Shown: positions 30,001 through 42,000 of the stretch, one piece after another | Numbering within the stretch: the stretch's first letter is position 1 | Layout: each line of letters opens with the position of its first letter | DNA from: Mobula hypostoma | Taxonomy: Eukaryota | Direction of reading: 5' to 3' | Length of the DNA: 64,000 nt | NCBI RefSeq assembly: GCF_963921235.1 | Contig: NC_086108.1 | Coordinates: 1,612,001-1,676,000, forward strand | The notes under the pieces: model-generated | Told to the model about the DNA's origin: nothing | Database searches by the model: none | Seen by the model: the letters and a program-made list of their open reading frames with translations, nothing else | Position numbers and translations under genes: made by a program

Positions 30001-33000
30001 GTGTAGTCAGTTCAGCGCTGTGCGATGGTTGTAGATCACAGTGTGTCGTCAGTTCAGCGCTGTGCGATGCTTGTAGATCACAGTGCGGAGTCAGTTCAGC
30101 GCTGTGCGATGGCTGTTGATCACAGTGTGGAGTCAGTTCAGTGCTGTGCGATGGTTGTAGATCTCAGTGCGGAGTCAGTTCAGCGCTGTGTGATGGTTGT
30201 ACATCACAGTGTGTAGTCAGTTCAGCGCTGTGCGATGGTTGTAGATCACAGTGTGTAGTCAGCTCAGCGCTGTGCGATTCTTGTAGATCACAGTGCGGAG
30301 TCAGTTCAGCGCTGTGCGATAGTTGTAGATCACAGTGCGGAGTCAGTTCAGCGCTGTGTGATGGTTGTAGATCACATTGCGGAGTCAGTTCAGCGCTGTG
30401 CGATGGTTGTAGATCACAGCCGCAGAGTCAGTTCAGCGCTGTGCGATGGCTGTTGATCACAGTGTGGAGTCAGTTCAGCGCTGTGCAATGGTTGTACATC
30501 ACAGTGCGGAGTCAGTTCAGCGCTGTGTGATGGTTGTGGATCACAGTGTGGAGTCAGTTCAGCGCTGTGCGATGGTCGTAGATCACAGTGCGGAGTCAGT
30601 TCAGCGCTGTGCGATGTTTGTAGATCACATTGCGGATTCAGTTCAGCGCTGTGCGATAGTTGCAGATCACAGTGCGGAGTCAGTTCAGCGCTGTGTGATG
30701 GTTGTAGATCACAGTGCGGAGTCAGTTCAGCGCTGTGCGATGGTTGTAGATCACAGCCGCAGAGTCAGTTCAGCGCTGTTCGATGGTTGTAGATCACAGC
30801 CGCAGAGTCAGATCAGCGCTGTGCGATAGCTGTAGATCAGAGTGCGGAGTCATTTCAGCGCTGTACAATGGTTGTAGATCACAGTGCGGAGTCAGTTCAG
30901 CGCTCTGCGATGGTTGTAGATCACAGTGTGGAGTCAGTTCAGTACTGTGCGATGGCTGTTGATCACAGTGCGGAGTCAGTTCAGCGCTGTGCGATGGTTG
31001 TAGATCACAGTGCGGAGTCAGTTCAGCGCTGTGCGATGGTTGTAGATCACAGTGCGGAGTCAGTTCAGCGCTGTGCGATAGTTGTAGATCACAGTGCGGA
31101 ATCAGTTCAGCGCTGTGCGATGGTTGCAGATCACCGTGCGGAGTCAGTTCAGCGCTGTGCGATGGTTGTAGATCACAGCCGCAGAGTCAGTTCAGCGCTG
31201 TGCGATGGCTGTTGATCACAGTGTGGAGTCAGTTCAGCGCTGTGCAATGGTTGTACATCACAGTGCGGAGTCAGTTCAGCACTGTGTGAATGCTGTAGAT
31301 CACAGTGTGTAGTCAGTTCAGCGCTGTGCGATGGTCGTAGATCACAGTGTGTAGTCAGTTCAGCGCTGTGTGATGGTTGTAGATCACATTGCGGAGTCAG
31401 TTCAGCGCTGTGTGATGGCTGTAGATCACAGTGCGCAGTCAGTTCAGCGCTGTGCGATGGCTGTAGATCACAGCCGCAGAGTCAGTTTAGCGCTGTGCGA
31501 TGGTCGTAGATCACAGCCGCAGAGTCAGTTCAGCGCTGTGCGATGGCTGTAGATCACAGTGCGGAGTCAGGTCAGCGCAGTGCGATGGTTGTAGATCACA
31601 GTGCGCAGTCAGTTCAGCGCTGTGCAACGGTTGTAGATCACAGTGCGGAGTCAGTTCAGCGCTGTGTGATGGTTGTAGATCACAGTGCGGAGACGGTTCA
31701 GCGCTGTGCGATGGCTGTAGATCACAGCCGCAGAGGCAGTTCAGCGCTGTGCGATGGTTGTGGATCACAGTGCGGAGTCAGTTCAGCGCTGTGCGATGGT
31801 TGTAGATCACAGCCGCAGAGTCAGTTCAGCGCTGTGCGATGGTCGTAGATCACAGTGCGGAGTCAGTTCAGCGCTGTGCAATGTTGTAGATCACAGTGCG
31901 GAGTCAGTTCAGGGCTGTCCGATGGTTGTAGATCACAGTGCGGAGTCAGTTCAGCGCTGTGCGATGGTTGTAGATCACAGTGCGGAGTCAGTTCAGCGTT
32001 GTGCGATGGTTGTAGATCACAGTGCGGAGTCAGTTCAGCGCTGTGCGATGGTTGTAGATCACTGTGTGGAGTCAGTTCTGCGCTGTGCGATGGCTGTTGA
32101 TCACAGTGCGGAGTCAGTTCAGCGCTGTGCGATGGTTGTAGATCACAGTGCGGAATCAGTTCAGCGCTGTGTGATGGTTGTAGATCACAGTGCGGAGTCA
32201 GTTCAGCGCTGTGCGATGGTTGTAGATCACAGCCGCAGAGTCAGTTCAGCACTGTGCGATGGTTGTAGATCACAGCCGCAGTGCCAGTTCAGCGCTGTGC
32301 GATGGCTGTAGATCACAGTGCGGAGTCAGTTCAGCGCTGTGTGATGGTTGTAGATCACAGTGCGGAGACATTTCAGCGCTGTGCGATGGCTGAAGATCAC
32401 AGCCGCAGAGTCAGTTCAGCGCTGTGCGATGGTCGTAGATCACAGTGCGGAGTCAGTTCAGCGCTGTGCGATGGTCGTAGATCACAGTGCAGAGTCAGTT
32501 CAGCGCTGTGCGATGTTGTAGATCACAGTGCGGAGTCAGTTCAGCGCTGTGCGATTGTTGTAGATCATAGTTTGGACTCAGTTCAGCGCTGTGCGATGGT
32601 TGTAGATCACAGTACGGAGTCAGTTCAGCGCTGTGCAATGGTTGTAGATCACAGTGTGTAGTCAGTTCAGCGCTGTGCGATGGTTGTAGATCACAGTGTG
32701 TCGTCAGTTCAGCGCTGTGCGATGCTTGTAGATCACAGTGCGGAGTCAGTTCAGCGCTGTGCGATGGCTGTTGATCACAGTGCGGAGTCAGTTCAGCGCT
32801 GTGCGATGGTCGTAGATCACAGTGCAGAGTCAGTTCAGCACTGTGCGATGTTGTAGATCACAGTGCGGAGTCAGTTCAGCGCTGTGCGATGGCGGTTGAT
32901 CACAGTGTGGAGTCAGTTCAGCGCTGTGCGATGGTTGTAGATCACAGTGCGGAGTCAGTTCAGCGCTGTGTGATGGTTGTAGATCACAGTGTGTAGTCAG

Positions 33001-36000
33001 TTCAGCGCTGTGCGATGGTTGTAGATCACAGTGTGTCGTCAGTTCAGCGCTGTGCGATGCTTGTAGATCACAGTGCGGAGTCAGTTCAGCGCTGTGCGAT
33101 GGCTGTTGATCACAGTGTGGAGTCAGTTCAGCGCTGTGCGATGGTTGTAGATCTCAGTGCGGAGTCAGTTCAGCGCTGTGTGATGGTTGTACATCACAGT
33201 GTGTAGTCAGTTCAGCGCTGTGCGATGGTTGTAGATCACAGTGTGTAGTCAGCTCAGCGCTGTGCGATTCTTGTAGATCACAGTGCGGAGTCAGTTCAGC
33301 GCTGTGCGATAGTTGTAGATCACAGTGCGGAGTCAGTTCAGCGCTGTGTGATGGTTGTAGATCACAGTGCGGAGTCAGTTCAGCGCTGTGCGATGGTTGT
33401 GATCACAGCCGCAGAGTCAGTTCAGCGCTGTGCGATGGCTGTTGATCACAGTGTGGAGTCAGTTCAGCGCTGTGCAATGGTTGTACATCACAGTGCGGAG
33501 TCAGTTCAGCGCTGTGTGATTGCTGTAGATCACAGTGTGTAGTCCGTTCAGCGCTGTGCGATGGTCGTAGATCACAGTGCGGAGTCAGTTCAGCGCTGTG
33601 CGATGGTAGTAGATCACAGTGCGGAGTCAGTTCAGCACTGTGCGATGGTTGTAGATCACAGTGCGGAGTCAGTTCAGCGCTGTGCGATGGTTGTAGATCA
33701 CAGTGCGGAGTCAGTTCAGCGCTGTGCGATGGTTGTAGATCACAGCCGCAGAGTCAGTTCAGCGCTGTGCGATGGTTGTAGATCACAGCCGCAGAGTCAG
33801 TTCAGCGCTGTGCGATGGTTGTAGATCATAGTGCGGATTCAGTTCAGTGCTGTGCGATGGTCGTAGATCACAGTGTTGAGTCAGTTCAGCGCTGTGCGAT
33901 GGTTGTAGATCACTGTGTGGAGTCAGTTCTGCGCTGTGCGATGGCTGTTGATCACAGTGCGGAGTCAGTTCAGCGCTGTGCGATGGTTGTAGATCACAGT
34001 GCGGAGTCAGTTCAGCGCTGTGCGATGGTTGTAGATCACAGTGCGGAGTCAGTTCAGCGCTGTGCGATAGTTGTAGATCACAGTGCGGAATCAGTTCAGC
34101 GCTGTGTGATGGTTGTAGATCACAGTGCGGAGTCAGTTCAGCGCTGTGCGATGGTTGTAGATCACAGCCGCAGAGTCAGATCAGCGCTGTGCGATGGTTG
34201 TAGATCACAGCCGCAGAGTCAGTTCAGCGCTGTGCGATGGCTGTAGATCACAGTGCGGTGTCAGTTCAGCGCTGTGTGATGGTTGTAGATCACAGTGCGG
34301 AGACATTTCAGCGCTGTGCGATGGCTGAAGATCACAGCCGCAGAGTCAGTTCAGCGCTGTGCGATGGTCGTAGATCACAGTGCGGAGTCAGTTCAGCGCT
34401 GTGCGATGGTCGTAGATCACAGTGCAGAGTCAGTTCAGCGCTGTGCGATGTTGTAGATCACAGTGCGGAGTCAGTTCAGCGCTGTGCGATGGCGGTTGAT
34501 CACAGTGTGGAGTCAGTTCAGCGCTGTGCGATGGTTGTAGATCACAGTGCGGAGTCAGTTCAGCGCTGTGTGATGGTTGTAGATCACAGTGTGTAGTCAG
34601 TTCAGCGCTGTGCGATGGTTGTAGATCACAGTGTGTCGTCAGTTCAGCGCTGTGCGATGCTTGTAGATCACAGTGCGGAGTCAGTTCAGCGCTGTGCGAT
34701 GGCTGTTGATCACAGTGCGGAGTCAGTTCAGCGCTGTGCGATGGTCGTAGATCACAGTGCAGAGTCAGTTCAGCGCTGTGCGATGTTGTAGATCACAGTG
34801 CGGAGTCAGTTCAGCGCTGTGCGATGGCGGTTGATCACAGTGTGGAGTCAGTTCAGCGCTGTGCGATGGTTGTAGATCACAGTGCGGAGTCAGTTCAGCG
34901 CTGTGTGATGGTTGTAGATCACAGTGTGTAGTCAGTTCAGCGCTGTGCGATGGTTGTAGATCACAGTGTGTCGTCAGTTCAGCGCTGTGCGATGCTTGTA
35001 GATCACAGTGCGGAGTCAGTTCAGCGCTGTGCGATGGCTGTTGATCACAGTGTGGAGTCAGTTCAGCGCTGTGCGATGGTTGTAGATCTCAGTGCGGAGT
35101 CAGTTCAGCGCTGTGTGATGGTTGTACATCACAGTGTGTAGTCAGTTCAGCGCTGTGCGATGGTTGTAGATCACAGTGTGTAGTCAGCTCAGCGCTGTGC
35201 GATGCTTGTAGATCACAGTGCGGAGTCAGTTCAGCGCTGTGCGATAGTTGTAGATCACAGTGCGGAGTCAGTTCAGCGCTGTGTGATGGTTGTAGATCAC
35301 AGTGCGGAGTCAGTTCAGCGCTGTGCGATGGTTGTAGATCACAGCCGCAGAGTCAGTTCAGCGCTGTGCGATCGCTGTTGATCACAGTGTGGAGTCAGTT
35401 CAGCGCTGTGCAATGGTTGTAGATCACAGTGCGGAGTCAGTTCAGAGCTGTGCGATGGTTGTGGATCACAGTGTGGAGTCAGTTCAGCGCTGTGCGATGG
35501 TCGTAGATCACAGTGTGTAGTCAGTTCAGCGCTGTGGATGTTTGTAGATCACATTGCGGATTCAGTTCAGCGCTGTGCGATAGTTGCAGATCACAGTGCG
35601 GAGTCAGTTCAGCGCTGTGTGATGGTTGTAGATCACAGTGCGGAGTCAGTTCAGCGCTGTGCGATGGTTGTAGATCACAGCCGCAGAGTCAGTTCAGCGC
35701 TGTGCGATGGTCGTAGATCACAGCCACAGAGTCAGTGCCGCGCTGTGCGATGGTTGTAGATCACAGTGCGGAGTCAGTTCAGCGCTGTGCGATGGTTGTA
35801 GATCACAGTGCGGAGTCAGTTCAGCGCTGTGCGATGGTTGTAGATCACAGTGCGGAGTCAGTTCAGCGCTGTGCAATGGCTGTAGATCACAGCCTCAGAG
35901 TCAGTTCAGCGCTGTGCGATGGTTGTAGATCACAGTGTGGAGTCAGTTCAGCACTGTGCGATGGTTGTAGATCACAATGCGGAGTCAGTTCAGCGCTGTG

Positions 36001-39000
36001 CAATGGTTGTAGATCACAGTGCAGAGTCAGTTCAGCGCTGTGCGATGGTTGTAGATCACAGTGCGGAGTCAGTTCAGCGCTGTGCGATGGCTGTTGATCA
36101 CAGTGCGGAGTCAGTTCAGCGCTGTGCGATGGTCGTAGATCACAGTGCAGAGTCAGTTCAGCGCTGTGCGATGGTTGTAGATCACAGCCGCAGAGTCAGT
36201 TCAGCGCTGTGCAATGGTTGTAGATCACAGTGTGGAGTCAGTTCAGCGCTGTGCGATGGTTGTAGATCACAGTGCGGAGTCAGTTCAGCGTTGTGTGATG
36301 GTTGTAGATCACAGTGCGGAGTCAGTTCAGCGCTGTGCGATGGTTGTAGATCACAGCCGCAGAGTCAGTTCAGCGCTGTGCGATGGTTGTAGATCACAGT
36401 GCGGAGTCAGTTCAGCGCTGTGCGATGGTTGTAGATCACAGTCGCAGAGTCAGTTCAGCACTCTGCGATGGTTGTAGATCACAGTGTGGAGTCAGTTCAG
36501 CGTTGTGCGATGTTGTAGATCACAGTGCGGAGTCAGTTCAGGGCTGTCCGATGGTTGTAGATCACAGTGCAGAGTCAGTTCAGCGCTGTGCGATGGTTGT
36601 AGATCACAGTGCGGAGTCAGTTCAGCGTTGTGTGATGGTTGTAGATCACAGTGCGGAGTCAGTTCAGCGCTGTGCGATGGTTGTAGATCACAGTGCGGAG
36701 TCACTTCAGCGCTGTGCGATGGTCGTAGATCACAGTGTAGAGTCAGTTCAGCGCTGTGCGATGTTGTAGATCACAGTGTGGAGTCAGTTCAGCGCTGTGC
36801 GATGGTTGTAGATCACAGTGCGGAGTCAGTTCAGCGCTGTGTGATGGTTGTAGATCACAGTGTGTAGTCAGTTCAGCGCTGTGCGATGGTTGTAGATCAC
36901 AGTGTGGAGTCAGTTCCGCGCTGTGCGATGCTTGTAGATCACAGTGCGGAGTCAGTTCAGCGCTGTGCGATGGCTGTTGATCACAGTGTGGAGTCAGTTC
37001 AGCGCTGTGCGATGGTTGTAGATCACAGTGCGGAGTCAGTTCAGCGCTGTGTGATGGTTGTAGATCACAGTGAGTACTCAGTTCAGCGCTGTGTGATGGT
37101 TGTAGATCACATTGCGGAGTCAGTTCAGCGCTGTGCGATAGTTGCAGATCACAGTGCGGAGTCAGTTCAGCACTGTGTGATGGTTGTAGATCACAGTGCG
37201 GAGTCATGTTCAGCGCTGTGCGATGGTTGTAGATCACAGCCGCAGAGTCAGTTCAGCGCTGTGCGATGGTCGTAGATCACAGCCGCAGAGTCAGTTCAGC
37301 GCTGTGCGATGGTTGTAGATCACAGTGCGGAGTCAGTTCAGCGCTGTGCGACGGTTGTAGATCACAGTGCGGAGTCAGTTCAGCGCTGTGTGATGGTTGT
37401 AGATCACAGTGCGGAGACAGTTCAGCGCTGTGCGATGGCTGTAGATCACAGCCGCAGAGTCAGTTCAGCGTTGTGCGATGGTCGTAGATCACAGTGCGGA
37501 GTCAGTTCAGCGCTGTGCGATGGTTGTAGATCACAGCCGCAGAGTTAGTTCAGCGCTGTGCGATGGTCGTAGATCACAGTGCGGAGTCAGTTCAGCGCTG
37601 TGCAATGTTGTAGATCACAGTGCGGAGTCAGTTCAGGGCTGTCCGATGGTTGTAGATCACAGTGCGGAGTCAGTTCAGCGCTGTGCGATGGTTGTAGATC
37701 ACAGTGCGGAGCCAGTTCAGCGTTGTGTGATGGTTGTAGATCACAGTGCGGAGTCAGTTCAGCGCTGCGCGATGGTTGTAGATCACAGTGCGGAGTCAGT
37801 TCAGCGCTGTGCGATGGCTGTTGATCACAGTGCGGAGTAAGTTCAGCGCTGTGCAATGGTTGTAGATCACAGTGCGGAGTCAGTTCAGCGCTGTGCGATG
37901 GTTGTAGATCACAGTGCGGAGTCAGTTCAGCGCTGTGCGATACTTGTAGATCACAGTGCGGAATCAGTTCAGCGCTGTGTGATGGTTGTAGATCACAGTG
38001 CGGAATCAGTTCAGCGCTGTGCGATGGTTGTAGATCACAGCCGCAGAGTCAGTTCAGCACAGTGCGATGGTTGTAGATCACAGCCGCAGTGTCAGTTCAG
38101 CGCTGTGCGATGGCTGTAGATCACAGTGCGGTGTCAGTTCAGCGCTGTGTGATGGTTGTAGATCACAGTGCGGAGACATTTCAGCGCTGTGCGATGGCTG
38201 AAGATCACAGCCGCAGAGTCAGTTCAGCGCTGTGCGATGGTCGTAGATCACAGTGCGGAGTCAGTTCAGCGCTGTGCGATGGTCGTAGATCACAGTGCAG
38301 AGTCAGTTCAGCGCTGTGCGATGTGTGTAGATCACAGTGCGGAGTCAGTTCAGTGCTGTGCGATGGCGGTTGATCACAGTGTGGAGTCAGTTCAGCGCTG
38401 TGCGATGGTTGTAGATCACAGTGCGGAGTCAGTTCAGCGCTGTGTGATGGTTGTAGATCACAGTGTGTAGTCAGTTCAGCGCTGTGCGATGGTTGTAGAT
38501 CACAGTGTGTCGTCAGTTCAGCGCTGTGCGATGCTTGTAGATCACAGTGCGGAGTCAGTTCAGCGCTGTGCGATGGCTGTTGATCACAGTGTGGAGTCAG
38601 TTCAGCGCTGTGCGATGGTTGTAGATCTCAGTGCGGAGTCAGTTCAGCGCTGTGTGATGGTTGTACATCACAGTGTGTAGTCATTTCAGCGCTGTGCGAT
38701 GGTTGTAGATCACAGTGTGTAGTCAGCTCAGCGCTGTGCGATGCTTGTAGATCACAGTGCGGAGTCAGTTCAGCGCTGTGCGATAGTTGTAGATCACAGT
38801 GCGGAGTCAGTTCAGCGCTGTGTGATGGTTGTAGATCACAGTGCGGAGTCAGTTCAGCGCTGTGCGATGGTTGTAGATCACAGCCGCAGAGTCAGTTCAG
38901 CGCTGTGCAATGGTTGTAGATCACAGTGTGGAGTCAGTTCAGCGCTGTGCGATGGTTGTAGATCACAGTGCGGAGTCAGTTCAGCGCTGTGCGATGGTTG

Positions 39001-42000
39001 TAGATCACAGTGTGGAGTCAGTTCAGCGCTGTGCGATGGTCGTAGATCACAGTGTGGAGTCAGTTCAGCGCTGTGCGATGGTTGTAGATCACAGTGCGGA
39101 GTCAGTTCAGCGCTGTGCGATGGTTGTAGATCACAGTGCGGAGTCAGTTCAGCGCTGTGCGATGGTTGTAGATCACAGTGCGGAGTCAGTTCAGCGCTGT
39201 GCGATGGTTGTAGATCACAGCCGCAGAGTCAGTTCAGCGCTGTGCGATGGTTGTAGATCACAGCCACAGAGTCAGTTCAGCGCTGTGCGATGGCTGTAGA
39301 TCACAGTGCGGAGTCAGTTCAGCGCTGTGCAACGGTTGTAGATCACAGTGCGGAGTCAGTTCAGCGCTGTGTGATGGTTGTAGATCACTGTGCGGAGACG
39401 GTTCAGCGCTGTGCGATGGCTGTAGATCACAGCCGCAGAGTCAGTTCAGCGCTGTGCGATGGTTGTAGATCACAGTGTGGAGTCAGTTCAGCGCTGTGCG
39501 ATGGTTGTAGATCACAGCCGCAGAGTCAGTTCAGCGCTGTGCGATGGTCGTAGATCACAGTGTGGAGTCAGTTCAGCGCTGTGCGATGGTTGTAGATCAC
39601 AGTGCGGAGTCAGTTCAGCGTTGTGTGATGGTTGTAGATCACAGTGCGGAGTCAGTTCAGCGCTGTGCGATGGTTGTAGATCACAGTGCGGAGTCACTTC
39701 AGCGCTGTGCGATGGTCGTAGATCACAGTGCAGAGTCAGTTCAGCGCTGTGCGATGTTGTAGATCACAGTGTGGAGTCAGTTCAGCGCTGTGCGATGGTT
39801 GTAGATCACAGTGCGGAGTCAGTTCAGCGCTGTGTGATGGTTGTAGATCACAGTGTGTAGTCAGTTCAGCGCTGTGCGATGGTTGTAGATCACAGTGTGG
39901 AGTCAGTTCAGCGCTGTGCGATGGTTGTAGATCACAGTGCGGAGTCAGTTCAGCGTTGTGCGATGGCTGTTGATCACAGTGTGGAGTCAGTTCAGCGCTG
40001 TGCGATGGTTGTAGATCACAGTGCGGAGTCAGTTCAGCGCTGTGTGATGGTTGTAGATCACAGTGAGTAGTCAGTTCAGCGCTGTGTGATGGTTGTAGAT
40101 CACATTGCGGAGTCAGTTCAGCGCTGTGCGATGGTTGCAGATCACAGTGCGGAGTCAGTTCAGCGCTGTGTGATGGTTGTAGATCACAGTGTGTAGTCAG
40201 TTCAGCGCTGTGCGATGGTTGTAGATCACAGTGTGTCGTCAGTTCAGCGCTGTGCGATGCTTGTAGATCACAGTGCGGAGTCAGTTCAGCGCTGTGCGAT
40301 GGCTGTTGATCACAGTGTGGAGTCAGTTCAGCGCTGTGCGATGGTTGTAGATCTCAGTGCGGAGTCAGTTCAGCGCTGTGTGATGGTTGTACATCACAGT
40401 GTGTAGTCAGTTCAGCGCTGTGCGATGGTTGTAGATCACAGTGTGTAGTCAGCTCAGCGCTGTGCGATGCTTGTAGATCACAGTGCGGAGTCAGTTCAGC
40501 GCTGTGCGATAGTTGTAGATCACAGTGCGGAGTCAGTTGAGCGCTGTGTGATGGTTGTAGATCACAGTGCGGAGTCAGTTCAGCGCTGTGCGATGGTTGT
40601 AGATCACAGCCGCAGAGTCAGTTCAGCGCTGTGCGATGGCTGTTGATCACAGTGTGGAGTCAGTTCAGCGCTGTGCAATGGTTGTACATCACAGTGCGGA
40701 GTCAGTTCAGCGCTGTGTGATGGCTGTAGATCACAGTGTGTAGTCCGTTCAGCGCTGTGCGATGGTCGTAGATCACAGTGTGTAGTCAGTTCAGCGCTGT
40801 GGATGTTTGTAGATCACATTGCGGATTCAGTTCAGCGCTGTGCGATAGTTGCAGATCACAGTGCGGAGTCAGTTCAGCGCTGTGTGATGGTTGTAGATCA
40901 CAGTGCGGAGTCAGTTCAGCGCTGTGCGATGGTTGTAGATCACAGCCGCAGAGTCAGTTCAGCGCTGTTCGATGGTTGTAGATCACAGCCGCAGAGTCAG
41001 TTCAGCGCTGTGCGATGGCTGTAGATCACAGTGCGGAGTCAGTTCAGCGCTGTGCAACGGTTGTAGATCACAGTGCGGAGTCAGTTCAGCGCTGTGTGAT
41101 GGTTGTAGATCACAGTGCGGAGACGGTTCAGCGCTGTGCGATGGCTGTAGATCACAGCCGCAGAGTCAGTTCAGCGCTGTGCGATGGTCGTAGATCACAG
41201 TGCGGAGTCAGTTCAGCGCTGTGCGATGGTTGTAGATCACAGCCGCAGAGTCAGTTCAGCGCTGTGCGATGGTCGTAGATCACAGTGTGGAGTCAGTTCA
41301 GCGCTGTGCAATGGTTGTAGATCACAGTGCGGAGTCAGTTCAGCGCTGTGCGATGGTTGTAGATCACAGTGCAGAGACAGTTCAGCGCAGTGCGATGGTT
41401 GTAGATCACAGTGCGGAGTCAGTTCAGCGTTGTGTGATGGTTGTAGATCACAGTGCGGAGTCAGTTCAGCGCTGTGCGATGGTTGTAGATCACAGTGCGG
41501 AGTCACTTCAGCGCTGTGCGATGGTCGTAGATCACAGTGCAGAGTCAGTTCAGCGCTGTGCGATGGTTGTAGATCACAGTGTGGAGTCAGTTCAGCGCTG
41601 TGCGATGGTTGTAGATCACAGTGCGGAGTCAGTTCAGCGCTGTGTGATGGTTGTAGATCACAGTGTGTAGTCAGTTCAGCGCTGTGCGATGGTTGTAGAT
41701 CACAGTGTGGAGTCAGTTCAGCGCTGTGCGATGCTTGTAGATCACAGTGCGGAGTCAGTTCAGCGCTGTGCGATGGCTGTTGATCACAGTGTGGAGTCAG
41801 TTCAGCGCTGTGCGATGGTTGTAGATCACAGTGCGGAGTCAGTTCAGCGCTGTGTGATGGTTGTAGATCACAGTGCGTAGTCAGTTCAGCGCTGTGTGAT
41901 GGTTGTAGATCACAGTGCGGAGTCAGTTCAGCGCTGTGCGATGGTTGTAGATCACAGTGCGGAGTCAGTTCAGCGCTGTGTGATGGTTGTAGATCACAGT

